From contig CAVTJV010000007.1 in the NCBI GenBank assembly GCA_963735185.1, forward strand, positions 1,151,009 to 1,215,008: DNA of 64,000 bases, read 5' to 3'. Below the pieces are notes generated by a model that worked only from the letters and a program-made list of their open reading frames with translations, ran no database searches and was not told the origin of the DNA. The translations under genes and the position numbers were made by a program. Source of the stretch: an uncultured Thermoplasmata archaeon. GTDB lineage: Archaea; Thermoplasmatota; Thermoplasmata; Lutacidiplasmatales; UBA184. Each line of letters begins with the position of its first letter. Within the stretch, counting starts at the first letter, position 1. Of this stretch, positions 18,740-28,219 are shown piece after piece.

Positions 18740-20941
18740 ATGACCCACATTCGGGCGGAACTGGCGAAGGCCATCCCCGACATGATGCACAACATCGACC
18801 GGATCCGCAACATCGGGATCGTGGCCCACATCCACCACGGGAAGACCACGCTCTCCGACAACCTCCTCGCCGCGGCCGGGATGATCTCCAACGAGCTCGC
18901 GGGAAAGCAGCTCTATCTCAACTTCGACGAGCAGGAGCAGGCCCGTCTGCTGACCATCAACAACGCGGACGTCACCATCGTCCACGAGTTCCAGGGCGAG
19001 CAGCACCTCATCAACCTCATCGACACCCCCGGGCACGTCGACTTCGGCGGGGACGTCACGCGCGCGATGCGCGCGGTCGACGGTGCGATCGTCGTCGTCT
19101 GCGCGGTCGAGGGGGTCATGGCCCAGACCGAGACCGTCCTTCGTCAGGCGCTCCGGGAGAAGGTGAAACCGGTCCTGTTCATCAACAAGGTCGACCGGGC
19201 CATCAAGGAGCTCAAGCTGACAGCGGATTCGTTCCAGAAGCGGTTCCTGGCCATCATCTCCGAGGTCAACGAGCTGATCCGAAAGATGGCCCCGGCCGAG
19301 TTCGTGGACGACTGGAGCGTCGACCCCCGGGACGGTTCCGTCGCGTTCGGCTCGGGCTACGAGAACTGGGCGATCAGCGTCCCCTACATGCAGAAGACCG
19401 GCGTGAAGTTCCCCGACATCATCGACTACGTATCGTCCGGTCGTTCCCGCGAGATCGCGCAGAAGGCGAAGATCAACGATGTCGTCTTTGACATGGTGGT
19501 CCGCCACCTCCCGAGCCCGCGTGTGGCCCAGAAGTACCGGATCCCGAACATCTGGAAGGGGGACCCCAGCTCCACGATTGGCATGGCGATGGCCAACACC
19601 GACTCGACCGGTCCCACCTCGTTCATGGTCACCGACATCACGATGGACCCGAGCGCGGGCGAGATCGCCACAGGCCGGGTCTTCTCGGGCCGCATCGCGA
19701 AAGGGATGGAGCTCCAGGTGGCCGGCTCGAAGTCGAAGAACCGGGTCCAGCACGTCTCGCTCTTCATGGGCCCTGAGCGCCTCATGGTCGAGGAGGTCAC
19801 GGCCGGCAATATCGCCGCGGTGATCGGCCTCACGGACGCGTTCGCCGGGACGACGATGTCCGACTCACCGGAGATGGTCCCGTTCGAGGAGATCCGCCAC
19901 GTCTCGGAGCCGGTCGTGACGGTCGCGATCGAGCCGAAGCGGATGGGCGACCTTCCGAAGCTCATCGAGGTCATGCGAAAGATTGCGAAGGAGGACGCCA
20001 GCCTTCGGGTCGAGATCAACCAGGAGACGGGAGAGCACCTCCTCTCGGGGATGGGCGAGCTCCACCTCGAGATCACGCAGTATCGGATTGTCAACGACTA
20101 CAAGGTGGAGATCGTGGCGTCGAAGCCGATCGTGGTCTACCGTGAGGTCGTGAAGCACCCGGGCGGCCCGTTCGAGGGGAAGTCCCCGAACAAGCACAAC
20201 AAGTTCTACTTCGAGGTCGAGGCCCTGCCGGCGGCCGTGGTCGAGGCCCTCAAGGAGGGCGAGATCCCGCAGGGGAAGTCGTTCAAGGACACCAAGACCC
20301 TCGTCACCAAGCTCGAGGCGCTCGGCATCTCGCGCGACGAAGGTCGCGGGATCGTGGCCGTCGAGGGGACGAACATCCTGTTCGACGTGACGAAAGGCAT
20401 CCAATACCTCAACGAGACGATGGACCTGATCGTCGACGCGTTCAAGGAAGCCGTGAACCGCGGCCCGCTCGCGAACGAGAAGGTCTACGGTCTCAAGGTC
20501 CGCCTCGTCGACGCGAAGCTCCACGAGGACTCCATCCACCGCGGTCCCGCGCAGACGATCCCCGCAGCCCGATCCGGGATCTACGGGGCGATGTGCCTCG
20601 GCGACCGACTGCTGCTCGAGCCGTTCCAGAAGGCGACCGTCAACGTCCCCCAGGAGGTCCTGGCGGGCGCGACGCGGGAGCTCCAGCGCCGGCGGGGAGA
20701 GATCCTCGACATGACGAGCGTCGGCGACCTTCAGACGGTCGTCGCGAAGGTCCCGGTGGCCGAGATGTTCGGGTTCGCGAGCGACATCCGCAGCGCGACC
20801 GCGGGCAAGGTGCTCTGGGCGACCGAGTCGATCGGGTTCGAGCCGATGCCGCCCGAGCTCCAGCCCCAGGTGGTCGCCGAGGTCCGCCAGCGCCGCGGAC
20901 TGAAGCCGGAACCGTACGACGCTTCCTACTACTCCGGGTAG
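18740..20941 (+). CDS. fusA: Translation elongation factor 2 (aEF-2)
   Basis: 733 aa. G1 AHIHHGKTT, DTPGHVDF, NKVDR, and the diphthamide-site context HEDSIHRGPAQ. Confidence 0.97.
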   Translation: MTHIRAELAKAIPDMMHNIDRIRNIGIVAHIHHGKTTLSDNLLAAAGMISNELAGKQLYLNFDEQEQARLLTINNADVTIVHEFQGEQHLINLIDTPGHVDFGGDVTRAMRAVDGAIVVVCAVEGVMAQTETVLRQALREKVKPVLFINKVDRAIKELKLTADSFQKRFLAIISEVNELIRKMAPAEFVDDWSVDPRDGSVAFGSGYENWAISVPYMQKTGVKFPDIIDYVSSGRSREIAQKAKINDVVFDMVVRHLPSPRVAQKYRIPNIWKGDPSSTIGMAMANTDSTGPTSFMVTDITMDPSAGEIATGRVFSGRIAKGMELQVAGSKSKNRVQHVSLFMGPERLMVEEVTAGNIAAVIGLTDAFAGTTMSDSPEMVPFEEIRHVSEPVVTVAIEPKRMGDLPKLIEVMRKIAKEDASLRVEINQETGEHLLSGMGELHLEITQYRIVNDYKVEIVASKPIVVYREVVKHPGGPFEGKSPNKHNKFYFEVEALPAAVVEALKEGEIPQGKSFKDTKTLVTKLEALGISRDEGRGIVAVEGTNILFDVTKGIQYLNETMDLIVDAFKEAVNRGPLANEKVYGLKVRLVDAKLHEDSIHRGPAQTIPAARSGIYGAMCLGDRLLLEPFQKATVNVPQEVLAGATRELQRRRGEILDMTSVGDLQTVVAKVPVAEMFGFASDIRSATAGKVLWATESIGFEPMPPELQPQVVAEVRQRRGLKPEPYDASYYSG

Positions 20942-20967
20942 CGAGCGCGCGGTCGGACCGTAGCGGT

Positions 20968-21567
20968 CTACGCGCTCCTCTTGGTCCGTCGCGCGGCCTT
21001 CATCGGTTCCGTCAGCGCGTCGAGTGTTCGTTGGCCGTGGGGGCGGGGCCCTTCCGCCGAGCGGGAGCGCAGGGGCCATGCCCCTTCATGGTCGAGAAGC
21101 CACCGCTTCCGCCAGAGGCCGAGCCCGAAGCCCGTGATCGCTCCGCCCTCCCCGACGACCCGGTGGCAGGGGATGACGATCGGGATCGGGTTCCGTCGCA
21201 TCGCTCCCCCGACGGCACGGGCCGCGCCCGGGTAGCCGACCCGTTTCGCGAGCTCCCCGTAGGTTACCGTGTACCCCGCCGGGACCGAGCGCAGCTCCTT
21301 CCAGACCGCGCGGTCGAACGCCGAGGCGGTGTCGGGCGCGACCTCGAGGTCGAACTCCTTGCGGGTTCCCCGGAAGTACTCCCGGAGCTGACGGGGAGGG
21401 CTCGCGGCTGCGAAGGGAGGGCCCCGTCGCACGGCCCCGGCGGGGACGCCGGTTTGGGGGATCCCGTTCTCGAGGAGGTCGACGACCTGAACGCTCGATC
21501 CGAGGTAGGTGATGCGGAACATCCCGATCGGAGTGGAGATGTCCGAGAACTGGACCTGGTCGACCAT
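20968..21567 (-). CDS. ogt: Methylated-DNA--protein-cysteine methyltransferase (Ogt/MGMT)
   Basis: VTYGELA...G.PGAARAVGGAMRRNPIPIVIPCHRVV. The PCHR active site is present. Confidence 0.9.
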   Translation of the reverse strand: MVDQVQFSDISTPIGMFRITYLGSSVQVVDLLENGIPQTGVPAGAVRRGPPFAAASPPRQLREYFRGTRKEFDLEVAPDTASAFDRAVWKELRSVPAGYTVTYGELAKRVGYPGAARAVGGAMRRNPIPIVIPCHRVVGEGGAITGFGLGLWRKRWLLDHEGAWPLRSRSAEGPRPHGQRTLDALTEPMKAARRTKRSA

Positions 21568-21600
21568 CGCCCGGGGAGGTGCGTCCTTCCTTATCTCGGT

Positions 21601-22344
21601 TTATCCCGGACCCACGCTCTCGAGCCGGTGGGGTCCGATCCGGAAGTCGGCCGAGCCTTCGGGGAGGGAACGGTGTTTGACGAGGACGACCCGTCGGAGC
21701 GGACCCGAGAGCCGGTCGAACCGGAGGATCGTCTTCGCCGCATGGTTCAGGAACGAGCCTCCGAGAGGCTCGAGCCCGCCGTCCCGCATGTTCCGCCAGA
21801 CCTGGTTCGTGAACAGGACCGGAAGGTGGGCGCGAAGTGTCGTCACCACCAGGTCGCCGACCGCGAGCGATAGCGCCTGGCGTGCGTCGTCCTCGTCGGG
21901 TCCGGAGAGGGAGAGCCGATAGAAGAACGCCCCGGAGTCGACCACGATCAGGCCGACCGGCCGCTGGCCCTCGCGCGCGAGGGCGCAGGCGGTGGCGACG
22001 GCCTTCCCCTGCTCGGTGAGGTCTTTCGGGGTCGAGAGGAGCCAGCGCTTCAGCACCCGGTCGAGGTCGTCGCCGGCGATCGCGCGGAGTCGGTCGACGC
22101 TCACTCCCTCGGTGTCGATGTAGAACACCCAACGGTTCTCGAGGGCGACCCGATGCGCCACCTGGAGGCAGAAGAGGGTCTTGCCGCTCCCGCCCTCCCC
22201 GTAGAGCTCCGTGATACAGTCGGTCTCGAGCCCTCCGCCCAGGAGACGGTCGACCGAGGCGATCCCTGTCGGCACGCGGTTCGGGTCCATCCGGACTCCG
22301 AGAACCATCGGGAGGTTAACCCATCGTCGCCGGGGGCCGCTCAC
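21601..22344 (-). CDS. radB: DNA repair and recombination protein RadB
   Basis: VPTGIASVDRLLGGGLE...ELYGEGGSGKT (Walker A). RecA/RadA-like core without an N-terminal HhH domain, about 230-247 aa. The GTG start overlaps the RNase J stop (GTGA); internal ATGs at 22308 and 22290 are alternatives. Confidence 0.8.
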   Translation of the reverse strand: MSGPRRRWVNLPMVLGVRMDPNRVPTGIASVDRLLGGGLETDCITELYGEGGSGKTLFCLQVAHRVALENRWVFYIDTEGVSVDRLRAIAGDDLDRVLKRWLLSTPKDLTEQGKAVATACALAREGQRPVGLIVVDSGAFFYRLSLSGPDEDDARQALSLAVGDLVVTTLRAHLPVLFTNQVWRNMRDGGLEPLGGSFLNHAAKTILRFDRLSGPLRRVVLVKHRSLPEGSADFRIGPHRLESVGPG

Positions 22345-23684
22345 CGGTGGAGCGTGTACGTCACCCCCAGCTCAGGGGGACGGACGGACGGGCCCGCCTT
22401 CTCGAACGCCTCGGGATGCTCGGTGTGGATGGGGTACACCGTTCGGGCACCGGCCGCGCGGACAAGGTCGAGGAGTTCGGAGCCCGACGCGTGCCCGCTC
22501 GCGTGCATCTGGTGGAACTGGAGGCCGAAGTGGTCGAGCCAGTTGTGCATCACGCGGTCGTCCACATCGTCCTCGCTGAACGGTTCGCTCATCGAGTGGA
22601 TGAACGGGCTTCCCTTCGGGGGCCTCAGGTCGATGAGCTCGGGGAAGTGCGCGAGGTCGAGCGCGAGAAGGTACTTCCGCCCCCGGTCCCGGACCTCGCC
22701 CGCCGGCAGCGCGTCCTCGAGGAACGGTCGTTCCCAGAGATAGGAGACCCGCTTCTTCCGGGCGTAGACCCGGAGCCCAGGCGCGCGGCCGGGCACGGGG
22801 ATCTCTCCCGGAGGGAAGCGCGGGGCGACCTGGGTGAGGAGGTGAGCCGTGCGAACCGACACCACGAGCTCGCGGTCGGCCGCCACCGCCGCCGCGTACA
22901 GGGTCCGGAGCCGGTCGATGTCCCGTGGGTACGTGCAGGCCAGGGCGAGCTCGGGGCGCTCGGTCAGCACCCGGTCGACCCCGCTGCGAACGCCCGCCTC
23001 GGAGAGGTTCCTTCGAGGGTCGGGCCCTGCCCGCGTCCCCTCGATCAGGAGGGCGTCCACCTTCTCGGCGGCGACGGCGTCGAAGAACGCGTGGGTGTCA
23101 TCGGCGCGCGGACCGTGGTGGCGGAAGTCCCCGGTGTAGGCGATCGACCCCTCGCTGGTCCGTACGATGAACCCGTAGGCGAACGGGATCGAATGGTCGA
23201 CCGGGTACGGAACGACCTCGATCTGACCGACGCGGATGGGCGTACGGTCGGCGAAGACCTGCCACGGGTGCTCGCCGTACTTCATCCTCGTCGACGTCTG
23301 GATCGCCGACAACAGGGTGTGCGTTCCCGCGCCGACGTGGACCGGGATCGTGGGATCGACCAGCTCGAGGTACCCCGCGTGGTCGGCGTGCGCGTGGCTG
23401 ACGAAGATCCCGTGGACCTCGGGAGGAGCGTAGGGGAGGTCCCCGTCCCCGAGCGCCTCCTTCGCGTACAGCCCCGAGATACGGGGGATGAGGTCGAACT
23501 CGAGGAGGTCCTTCGCGCGGCTCGCCGACCGGGGCTGGAGGTAATCGACGTAGAACTCCTCCACCCGGGGAGAGAACGACGGGCCGAAGTCGAACAGGAC
23601 CCGGTCCGGACCGTCCTCGATGAGGATCTTGTTCCCACCGATCTCGCGGACCCCGCCCAGGAACCGGATGCTCGGTCCTTTCAC
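22341..23684 (-). CDS. rnj: MBL-fold beta-CASP ribonuclease, archaeal RNase J-like
   Basis: 447 aa. HAHADHAG (HxHxDH), ...DFRHHG..., C-terminal HASGHAS and ...PIHTEH motifs. Size and architecture fit aRNase J rather than aCPSF1 because there are no KH domains. Confidence 0.7.
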   Translation of the reverse strand: MKGPSIRFLGGVREIGGNKILIEDGPDRVLFDFGPSFSPRVEEFYVDYLQPRSASRAKDLLEFDLIPRISGLYAKEALGDGDLPYAPPEVHGIFVSHAHADHAGYLELVDPTIPVHVGAGTHTLLSAIQTSTRMKYGEHPWQVFADRTPIRVGQIEVVPYPVDHSIPFAYGFIVRTSEGSIAYTGDFRHHGPRADDTHAFFDAVAAEKVDALLIEGTRAGPDPRRNLSEAGVRSGVDRVLTERPELALACTYPRDIDRLRTLYAAAVAADRELVVSVRTAHLLTQVAPRFPPGEIPVPGRAPGLRVYARKKRVSYLWERPFLEDALPAGEVRDRGRKYLLALDLAHFPELIDLRPPKGSPFIHSMSEPFSEDDVDDRVMHNWLDHFGLQFHQMHASGHASGSELLDLVRAAGARTVYPIHTEHPEAFEKAGPSVRPPELGVTYTLHR

Positions 23685-23770
23685 GAGGACCGCAGGGGGA
23701 TACCCCCTGAAACGGTTTGTCGGTCGGAGGCCGGAGATGTTTTTCGTCCCAAGCCGTAGGGTTGCGGTGG

Positions 23771-24616
23771 ATGGCCGCGTCCCGCGTCAGCCGTCATCGT
23801 CCGAAGGCTTCGAGGAGACGACGCAATCCGCGGGCGACTCCGGCCGAGCACCGGGCGGTGCTTCGGATCGCGGCTCGGCTCGCCGACGAGGTCGACCCCC
23901 AAGGGCGGGCCGCGGTCCTGCTGGCCGGCAGCTGGGCGCGGGGTGACGCTCACCAAGCGTCCGACATCGACCTCTGGGTGGTGGGGAAGAAGGGCCGCAA
24001 TCGGGTCTTCGAGCGGGACGGGTACATGGTCTCCGTCAAGTTCGGCACGACCGCGGACGAGCACTGGGAGATGCGCACCCCCCGCCGCCTCGACGGGGCT
24101 ATCCCGGGGTGGCGGAACGCGAGGATCCTGCGGGACCCGAGCGGCCTGGCGGCGAAGCTCAAGGCGGAGGCCCGCCGGTTCCGCTGGGGCCCGGTCCGTC
24201 GGGCCCGCGACAGGTACGTCTCGAAGCAGCTGGCCGAGCTGGCCGAAGAGGTCGCGAAACTCCTCCGGGCCATCGGCACCGGCGAGAAGGAGACCGCGTC
24301 CGTCCAGCGGAACCTCCTCGCGCATCAGATGGCGTTCCTGCGACTTCTCTTGCTTGAGCGGCTCTGGGAGACCGAGAACGGTATGTGGGAGGACGCGGCG
24401 AAACGCTGCGGCCCCGAGTTCCGCCGCATCCAGCGAGCCGCCTTCGGTATCGACCGGGGGAGCTGGCGAGCGAGCTGCGAGGCCGCGCTCCGCCTGTACT
24501 CGCTCACGGCCCGCGCGAGCCTACCGGTCCTCATCGGCGAGAAGCGCCGGATCGTCGTGGCGGCCTGCCGTCGGGCCGGCTACCCGGTCGAGGGACGAGC
24601 CGTCGGTCGGCGCTAG
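23771..24616 (+). CDS. Nucleotidyltransferase domain protein (KNTase/MNT-like)
   Basis: GSWARGDAHQASDIDLWVV matches the GS-x9-DxD polymerase-beta-type NTase signature, followed by a helical C-terminal domain. Start uncertain: ATG at 23771, or the TTG-type start at 23717 in the ORF track. Confidence 0.65.
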   Translation: MAASRVSRHRPKASRRRRNPRATPAEHRAVLRIAARLADEVDPQGRAAVLLAGSWARGDAHQASDIDLWVVGKKGRNRVFERDGYMVSVKFGTTADEHWEMRTPRRLDGAIPGWRNARILRDPSGLAAKLKAEARRFRWGPVRRARDRYVSKQLAELAEEVAKLLRAIGTGEKETASVQRNLLAHQMAFLRLLLLERLWETENGMWEDAAKRCGPEFRRIQRAAFGIDRGSWRASCEAALRLYSLTARASLPVLIGEKRRIVVAACRRAGYPVEGRAVGRR

Positions 24617-24747
24617 CGCGCCTTCAGGACCTTCTTCACGTTCGGGTGTTCCTTCGTGAAGATCTTCCCACCGCAGTTGTCGCAGCGGACCCCGAAAAGG
24701 TTCGCGTCCGAGGGGAGCGCTTCCCCGCAGCGGATGCAGCGGAACAT
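24613..24747 (-). CDS. rpoP: DNA-directed RNA polymerase subunit P (Rpo12/RPABC4)
   Basis: Not in the ORF track because it is only 44 aa. The minus-strand translation is MFRCIRCGEALPSDANLFGVRCDNCGGKIFTKEHPNVKKVLKAR. It has a CxxC...CxxC zinc ribbon with the typical ...FKER/KEHP..VKKV tail, and sits directly downstream of rpl37ae as in the conserved archaeal exosome superoperon. Confidence 0.85.
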   Translation of the reverse strand: MFRCIRCGEALPSDANLFGVRCDNCGGKIFTKEHPNVKKVLKAR

Positions 24748-24775
24748 GTCTCTCCGTTCGACCTTCCTCGAGAGT

Positions 24776-25045
24776 TTAAGCGTTGCCCGGGGTCACTTCT
24801 CGCTCGGTCCGCTGGATGGGGGGAGGCGCGGCGAAAACGTAGGCGTTAGACGAATAACGGGTCCCGCACCGGCGGCACTCGAAGACCCCGCTCGCCACCC
24901 GGTGGAGCGTCACGGTCGAGCAGCGCGGGCAGGCAGCATCGGGCCCGCGGGCGCGGTCGATCTCGACGACCCGGCGGCGGATCCGGATCCCGTAGCGGGG
25001 ACCCATCCAACCGGTCGGGCCGGCCTTCTTCGTGCGCTTGCTCAT
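24776..25045 (-). CDS. rpl37ae: 50S ribosomal protein L37Ae (eL43)
   Basis: MSKRTKKAGPTGWMGPRYGIRIRRRVVEID... plus a CPRC...CRRCG zinc ribbon. 89 aa. The start overlaps the rrp42 stop. Confidence 0.92.
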   Translation of the reverse strand: MSKRTKKAGPTGWMGPRYGIRIRRRVVEIDRARGPDAACPRCSTVTLHRVASGVFECRRCGTRYSSNAYVFAAPPPIQRTEREVTPGNA

Positions 25046-25830
25046 GCGGTCCCTCCCTTCACGAGGATGCGGTGCCGCTCGCCGTGGCGGAACGCCCGCC
25101 GCACGACGTCCTTCACGTCGTCCGGGGAGAACGCCCCGACCAGGCCCTTCTGCATCGCCACGACCCGGCCGACCTCGTCGGTCGCGACCGTGATCCGACC
25201 TTGGGCCGCACGTTCCTCGTCGAACGTGGGGTCCACGACGATCGCGTCCCCGAGCCGGACGAAGGTGCATTCGATCGGGATGTGGTTGACCGCGAGCGGA
25301 TAGTCGGCTTCGGCGACCTCGAACCGCTTCGCGGGGACCGTCGCGTGGCAGAGCGCGCTGACGGCCGCCATGAGGGCGGCGTCGATGAGGTTCCCCGTAT
25401 GGTCGAGACAGTGGATATCGACGTAGCAAACCCAGGTCTTCTCGCCGGGAGTGACGCAGAGCCGGGTCAGGTCGATCGTCTCGGCGGCTCGGATCGCACG
25501 GTCGACGACCCGGGAGACCTCGATCGCCCCGGGTTGGGGCGGGCCCGGCTCGAAGATCGCGTTCGAGAGCGGGATCAGCTCCGCGTTCGTCGTAAGGACG
25601 CCGGCGTTCGGCGTGTCGGCGAACGGCTTTCCCGGCTCGAGCTTGATGCCTGAAAGGACCGCGGTGTTCCCGACCCGAACGAGGGCGGAGCCGTCGGCCG
25701 TGGTGACGAACCCCGGCTCGACCGTGATGGGCCGGTATTCATCGGGGCCACGTCCGTCGAGACGCTTTCCTTCGGCCGCGAGGTCGAGGATGTGGGTCGT
25801 GAGAATCTCCGCCGAGACCTCTTCGCTCAT
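25042..25830 (-). CDS. rrp42: Exosome complex component Rrp42 (RNase PH-like, non-catalytic)
   Basis: 262 aa. ...GKRLDGRGPDEYRPITVEPG...ADGSALVRVGNT.... Position after rrp41, with an ATGA overlap. Confidence 0.9.
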   Translation of the reverse strand: MSEEVSAEILTTHILDLAAEGKRLDGRGPDEYRPITVEPGFVTTADGSALVRVGNTAVLSGIKLEPGKPFADTPNAGVLTTNAELIPLSNAIFEPGPPQPGAIEVSRVVDRAIRAAETIDLTRLCVTPGEKTWVCYVDIHCLDHTGNLIDAALMAAVSALCHATVPAKRFEVAEADYPLAVNHIPIECTFVRLGDAIVVDPTFDEERAAQGRITVATDEVGRVVAMQKGLVGAFSPDDVKDVVRRAFRHGERHRILVKGGTA

Positions 25831-26576
25831 GCGGAACCCCCCATCGGTCCGGTGGCGTAGCGCTCCCGGAGCGCCTGTTTCATCTTCTCGTAGATCTCGC
25901 GGCAGCCCTGCACGCCGAGCTCGAGCGACTGCGCGAGCTCCTCCTCGGTCATGTGCCCCTCCATCTGGAGCAGCACGAGGCGGCCGGACTGGGGCACGAG
26001 CGCCATCGGGAGGTCCGCGTCCCCGAAGTTGTCCTCTTCCTTTCGGAGGTCGAGGGCGATCTTTCCGGCGATCTTCCCGACCGCGACGGCGGGCAGGAGG
26101 TCGACCATCGGGATCCCGGCGTCCGCGAGCGCCATCGAGGCGGCGACGAGGCCCGCGCAGCGGGTCCCGGCGTTCGCCTGGAGGACCTCGATGTAGATGT
26201 CAATGCTCGTGCGGGGGTACTCCTCCGCGAAGACGACCGACTCGAACGCCTCTCCGATGACCTTCGAGATCTCCTGGGAGCGCCGGTCGAGGCCGGGCCG
26301 CTTCCGTTCGTCGACCGCGAACGCCGCCATGTTGTACTTGCACTGAATGACGGCCTTGTTGTTCTGCTGAAGGTGCCGGGGATGGACCTCGCGCGGTCCG
26401 TAGACCGCCGCCATGACCTTGTTCATGCCCCATTCCACGAACGCCGAGCCGTCGGCGTTGTGCAGGGCACCGACCTGGATCCGGATCGGCCGCAGTTCGT
26501 CCAGTTTTCGCCCGTCGATCCGGAGCCCTTCCGGGCTCAACAGCACGGGGACCTCTTTCGCTCCTACGCTTCCCAT
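25827..26576 (-). CDS. rrp41: Exosome complex exonuclease Rrp41 (RNase PH-like)
   Basis: 249 aa. GLRIDGRKLDELRPIRIQVG...ADGSAFVEWGMNKV...VYGPRE.... Confidence 0.92.
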   Translation of the reverse strand: MGSVGAKEVPVLLSPEGLRIDGRKLDELRPIRIQVGALHNADGSAFVEWGMNKVMAAVYGPREVHPRHLQQNNKAVIQCKYNMAAFAVDERKRPGLDRRSQEISKVIGEAFESVVFAEEYPRTSIDIYIEVLQANAGTRCAGLVAASMALADAGIPMVDLLPAVAVGKIAGKIALDLRKEEDNFGDADLPMALVPQSGRLVLLQMEGHMTEEELAQSLELGVQGCREIYEKMKQALRERYATGPMGGSA

Positions 26577-26603
26577 TTTCGTTCTCCTTGGAGTTCGTAT
26601 CCG

Positions 26604-27464
26604 TTAGTGTTCGCCCGGCTCGGGGGTGTCGTCCTCGGCGTCGACCGCATCCTCGTCCGGTTCTGCCGAACCGAGAACCCGCGGCGGTGCATCGCGATGC
26701 GCGTGCTCGTGCGGGAGTTCTTCCGGTCCGCGCAGCCCGGTCGGGGTGGTGGACCGTAGGTAGCTCTCGACCCGGTCCGTGAGGCCCGAGTGTTGTGCGT
26801 TCTCCTCGATGATCCGAAGCACCTCGCTCACGCGGTGGATCGCTTCGGGCGTACCCCCGACCCAGACGCGCCCGTTCTGGCCCACGACGACCTCGGCGCC
26901 CGTGAGGCGTCGGATCGTGTCGATCATGGAGCCGTTGCGGCCGACGACCCGGGGAATGCGGGCGGGCGAGATGCGGACGATCGTCCCCCCGTCCAGCTTC
27001 CCGAGGCCCTCTCCGTTCATCGTCACGCCGATGCGGCCGGTCGCTTCGAGGTTCTCGATCTGTACGACGACCGCGTCCCCGACACGCAGGAACCGTTCGG
27101 TCTCCCCGACGTCCACTTGCCACGGGGTTCCGGTCATGTGGAGCGGAGCCCAGCGGGGAGCCCCGATGTCGAGCAGCCAGAACGTCCCCTGGACGTCCGT
27201 GACCGTGCCGATGACCGTGTCGGCCGGCTTCGGGATGTACCGGCCGGAGAGCGGGATGACCTGAACGACCGGGGGTCGCTCGGAGAGCAGCCCGAGGACG
27301 CTCGCGTACACCTTGCCGCCCGTGCGGTAGGTTCCGGGCCCCGGTTTCAGACCCTGGGCTCGGATCTCTTCACCGGGAAGAACTAGTGTCCGTTCCCCGG
27401 AGGGAGACGAGGGAGAACCCTCGCGGCCACGAGCTCGGTGGCCCGGACGATGACCTCTGGACAT
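26604..27464 (-). CDS. rrp4: Exosome RNA-binding subunit Rrp4 (S1 + KH domains)
   Basis: LVLPGEEI...G.GTY...YIPKPADTVIGTVTDV (S1 domain) and ISPARIPRVVGRNGSMIDTI...G..VVVGQNGRVWV (KH domain). Confidence 0.9.
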   Translation of the reverse strand: MSRGHRPGHRARGREGSPSSPSGERTLVLPGEEIRAQGLKPGPGTYRTGGKVYASVLGLLSERPPVVQVIPLSGRYIPKPADTVIGTVTDVQGTFWLLDIGAPRWAPLHMTGTPWQVDVGETERFLRVGDAVVVQIENLEATGRIGVTMNGEGLGKLDGGTIVRISPARIPRVVGRNGSMIDTIRRLTGAEVVVGQNGRVWVGGTPEAIHRVSEVLRIIEENAQHSGLTDRVESYLRSTTPTGLRGPEELPHEHAHRDAPPRVLGSAEPDEDAVDAEDDTPEPGEH

Positions 27465-27500
27465 TTTTCGTGCTGCACCGGGCCGCTCGACCGGCGTGCC

Positions 27501-28196
27501 CTATTTAACCAAAGCGGTCTCGATCGAACCCTTGGTGCGTGCGCTGAGCTTCTCGTAGAGCTCGGTCTGCATCCCGGCTGGGATCTCGACCACGCCGCTC
27601 CAGCTCCCGTCCGAGAGCCAGTTCTCTTCGAGGAGGCGGCCGAGCCCCTTCACCTCACCGATGACGTGAGGATGGTCCTGGGCCGGGATCTTGATCCGGA
27701 CCTTGACGACATCGAGGCGGATCGGGATGAGCGGGCGCAGCTTCGCAAGGACCTCCTGGACCTGCTCGTCGACGGGGCGGAACGGGTCGATGTGGACCTT
27801 CGCCTCCGTCATCGCTGCCTCGATGCGGGACGGAGGGTGCGGGGCGCCGGTCTGGGGGTTCATCGCGTTCCGTGCGATGGTCGCGACGACCTGCTGGCGT
27901 TTCGTTGCCTGGAGACGATGGCGCTGCTCGGTCGTGACCTGGACCTCGCCCTTCTGGATGATGATGCGAGCGATCTCGGCGAGGTTACGAGTGTGGAACG
28001 TCTTCTCGAGGTGTTCCTCGGAGATCTTGTCGCCCTTCTTCGCGTCCTTGAAGACCTGGTCGAGCGCGAGCTTGTCGGAAAGGTCGACCTTCTTGCCGTC
28101 CTTCAGGTCCTGGACCGCCTGCGGGTCCACGAGGACCTCGAACCGGGAGCCCTGGGTCTCCCAGCGCGCGATGACCGCGTCCTCGACCTTCACCAT
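27501..28196 (-). CDS. SBDS family ribosome maturation protein (Sdo1)
   Basis: 231 aa. ...ARWETQGSRFEVLVDP......VFKDAKKGDKISEEHLEKTF.T......II.KGE.Q.T..QR.... Conserved position between psmA and rrp4. Confidence 0.88.
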   Translation of the reverse strand: MVKVEDAVIARWETQGSRFEVLVDPQAVQDLKDGKKVDLSDKLALDQVFKDAKKGDKISEEHLEKTFHTRNLAEIARIIIQKGEVQVTTEQRHRLQATKRQQVVATIARNAMNPQTGAPHPPSRIEAAMTEAKVHIDPFRPVDEQVQEVLAKLRPLIPIRLDVVKVRIKIPAQDHPHVIGEVKGLGRLLEENWLSDGSWSGVVEIPAGMQTELYEKLSARTKGSIETALVK

Positions 28197-28219
28197 AGGG
28201 AGCGTGAAGGGGCGCCGGT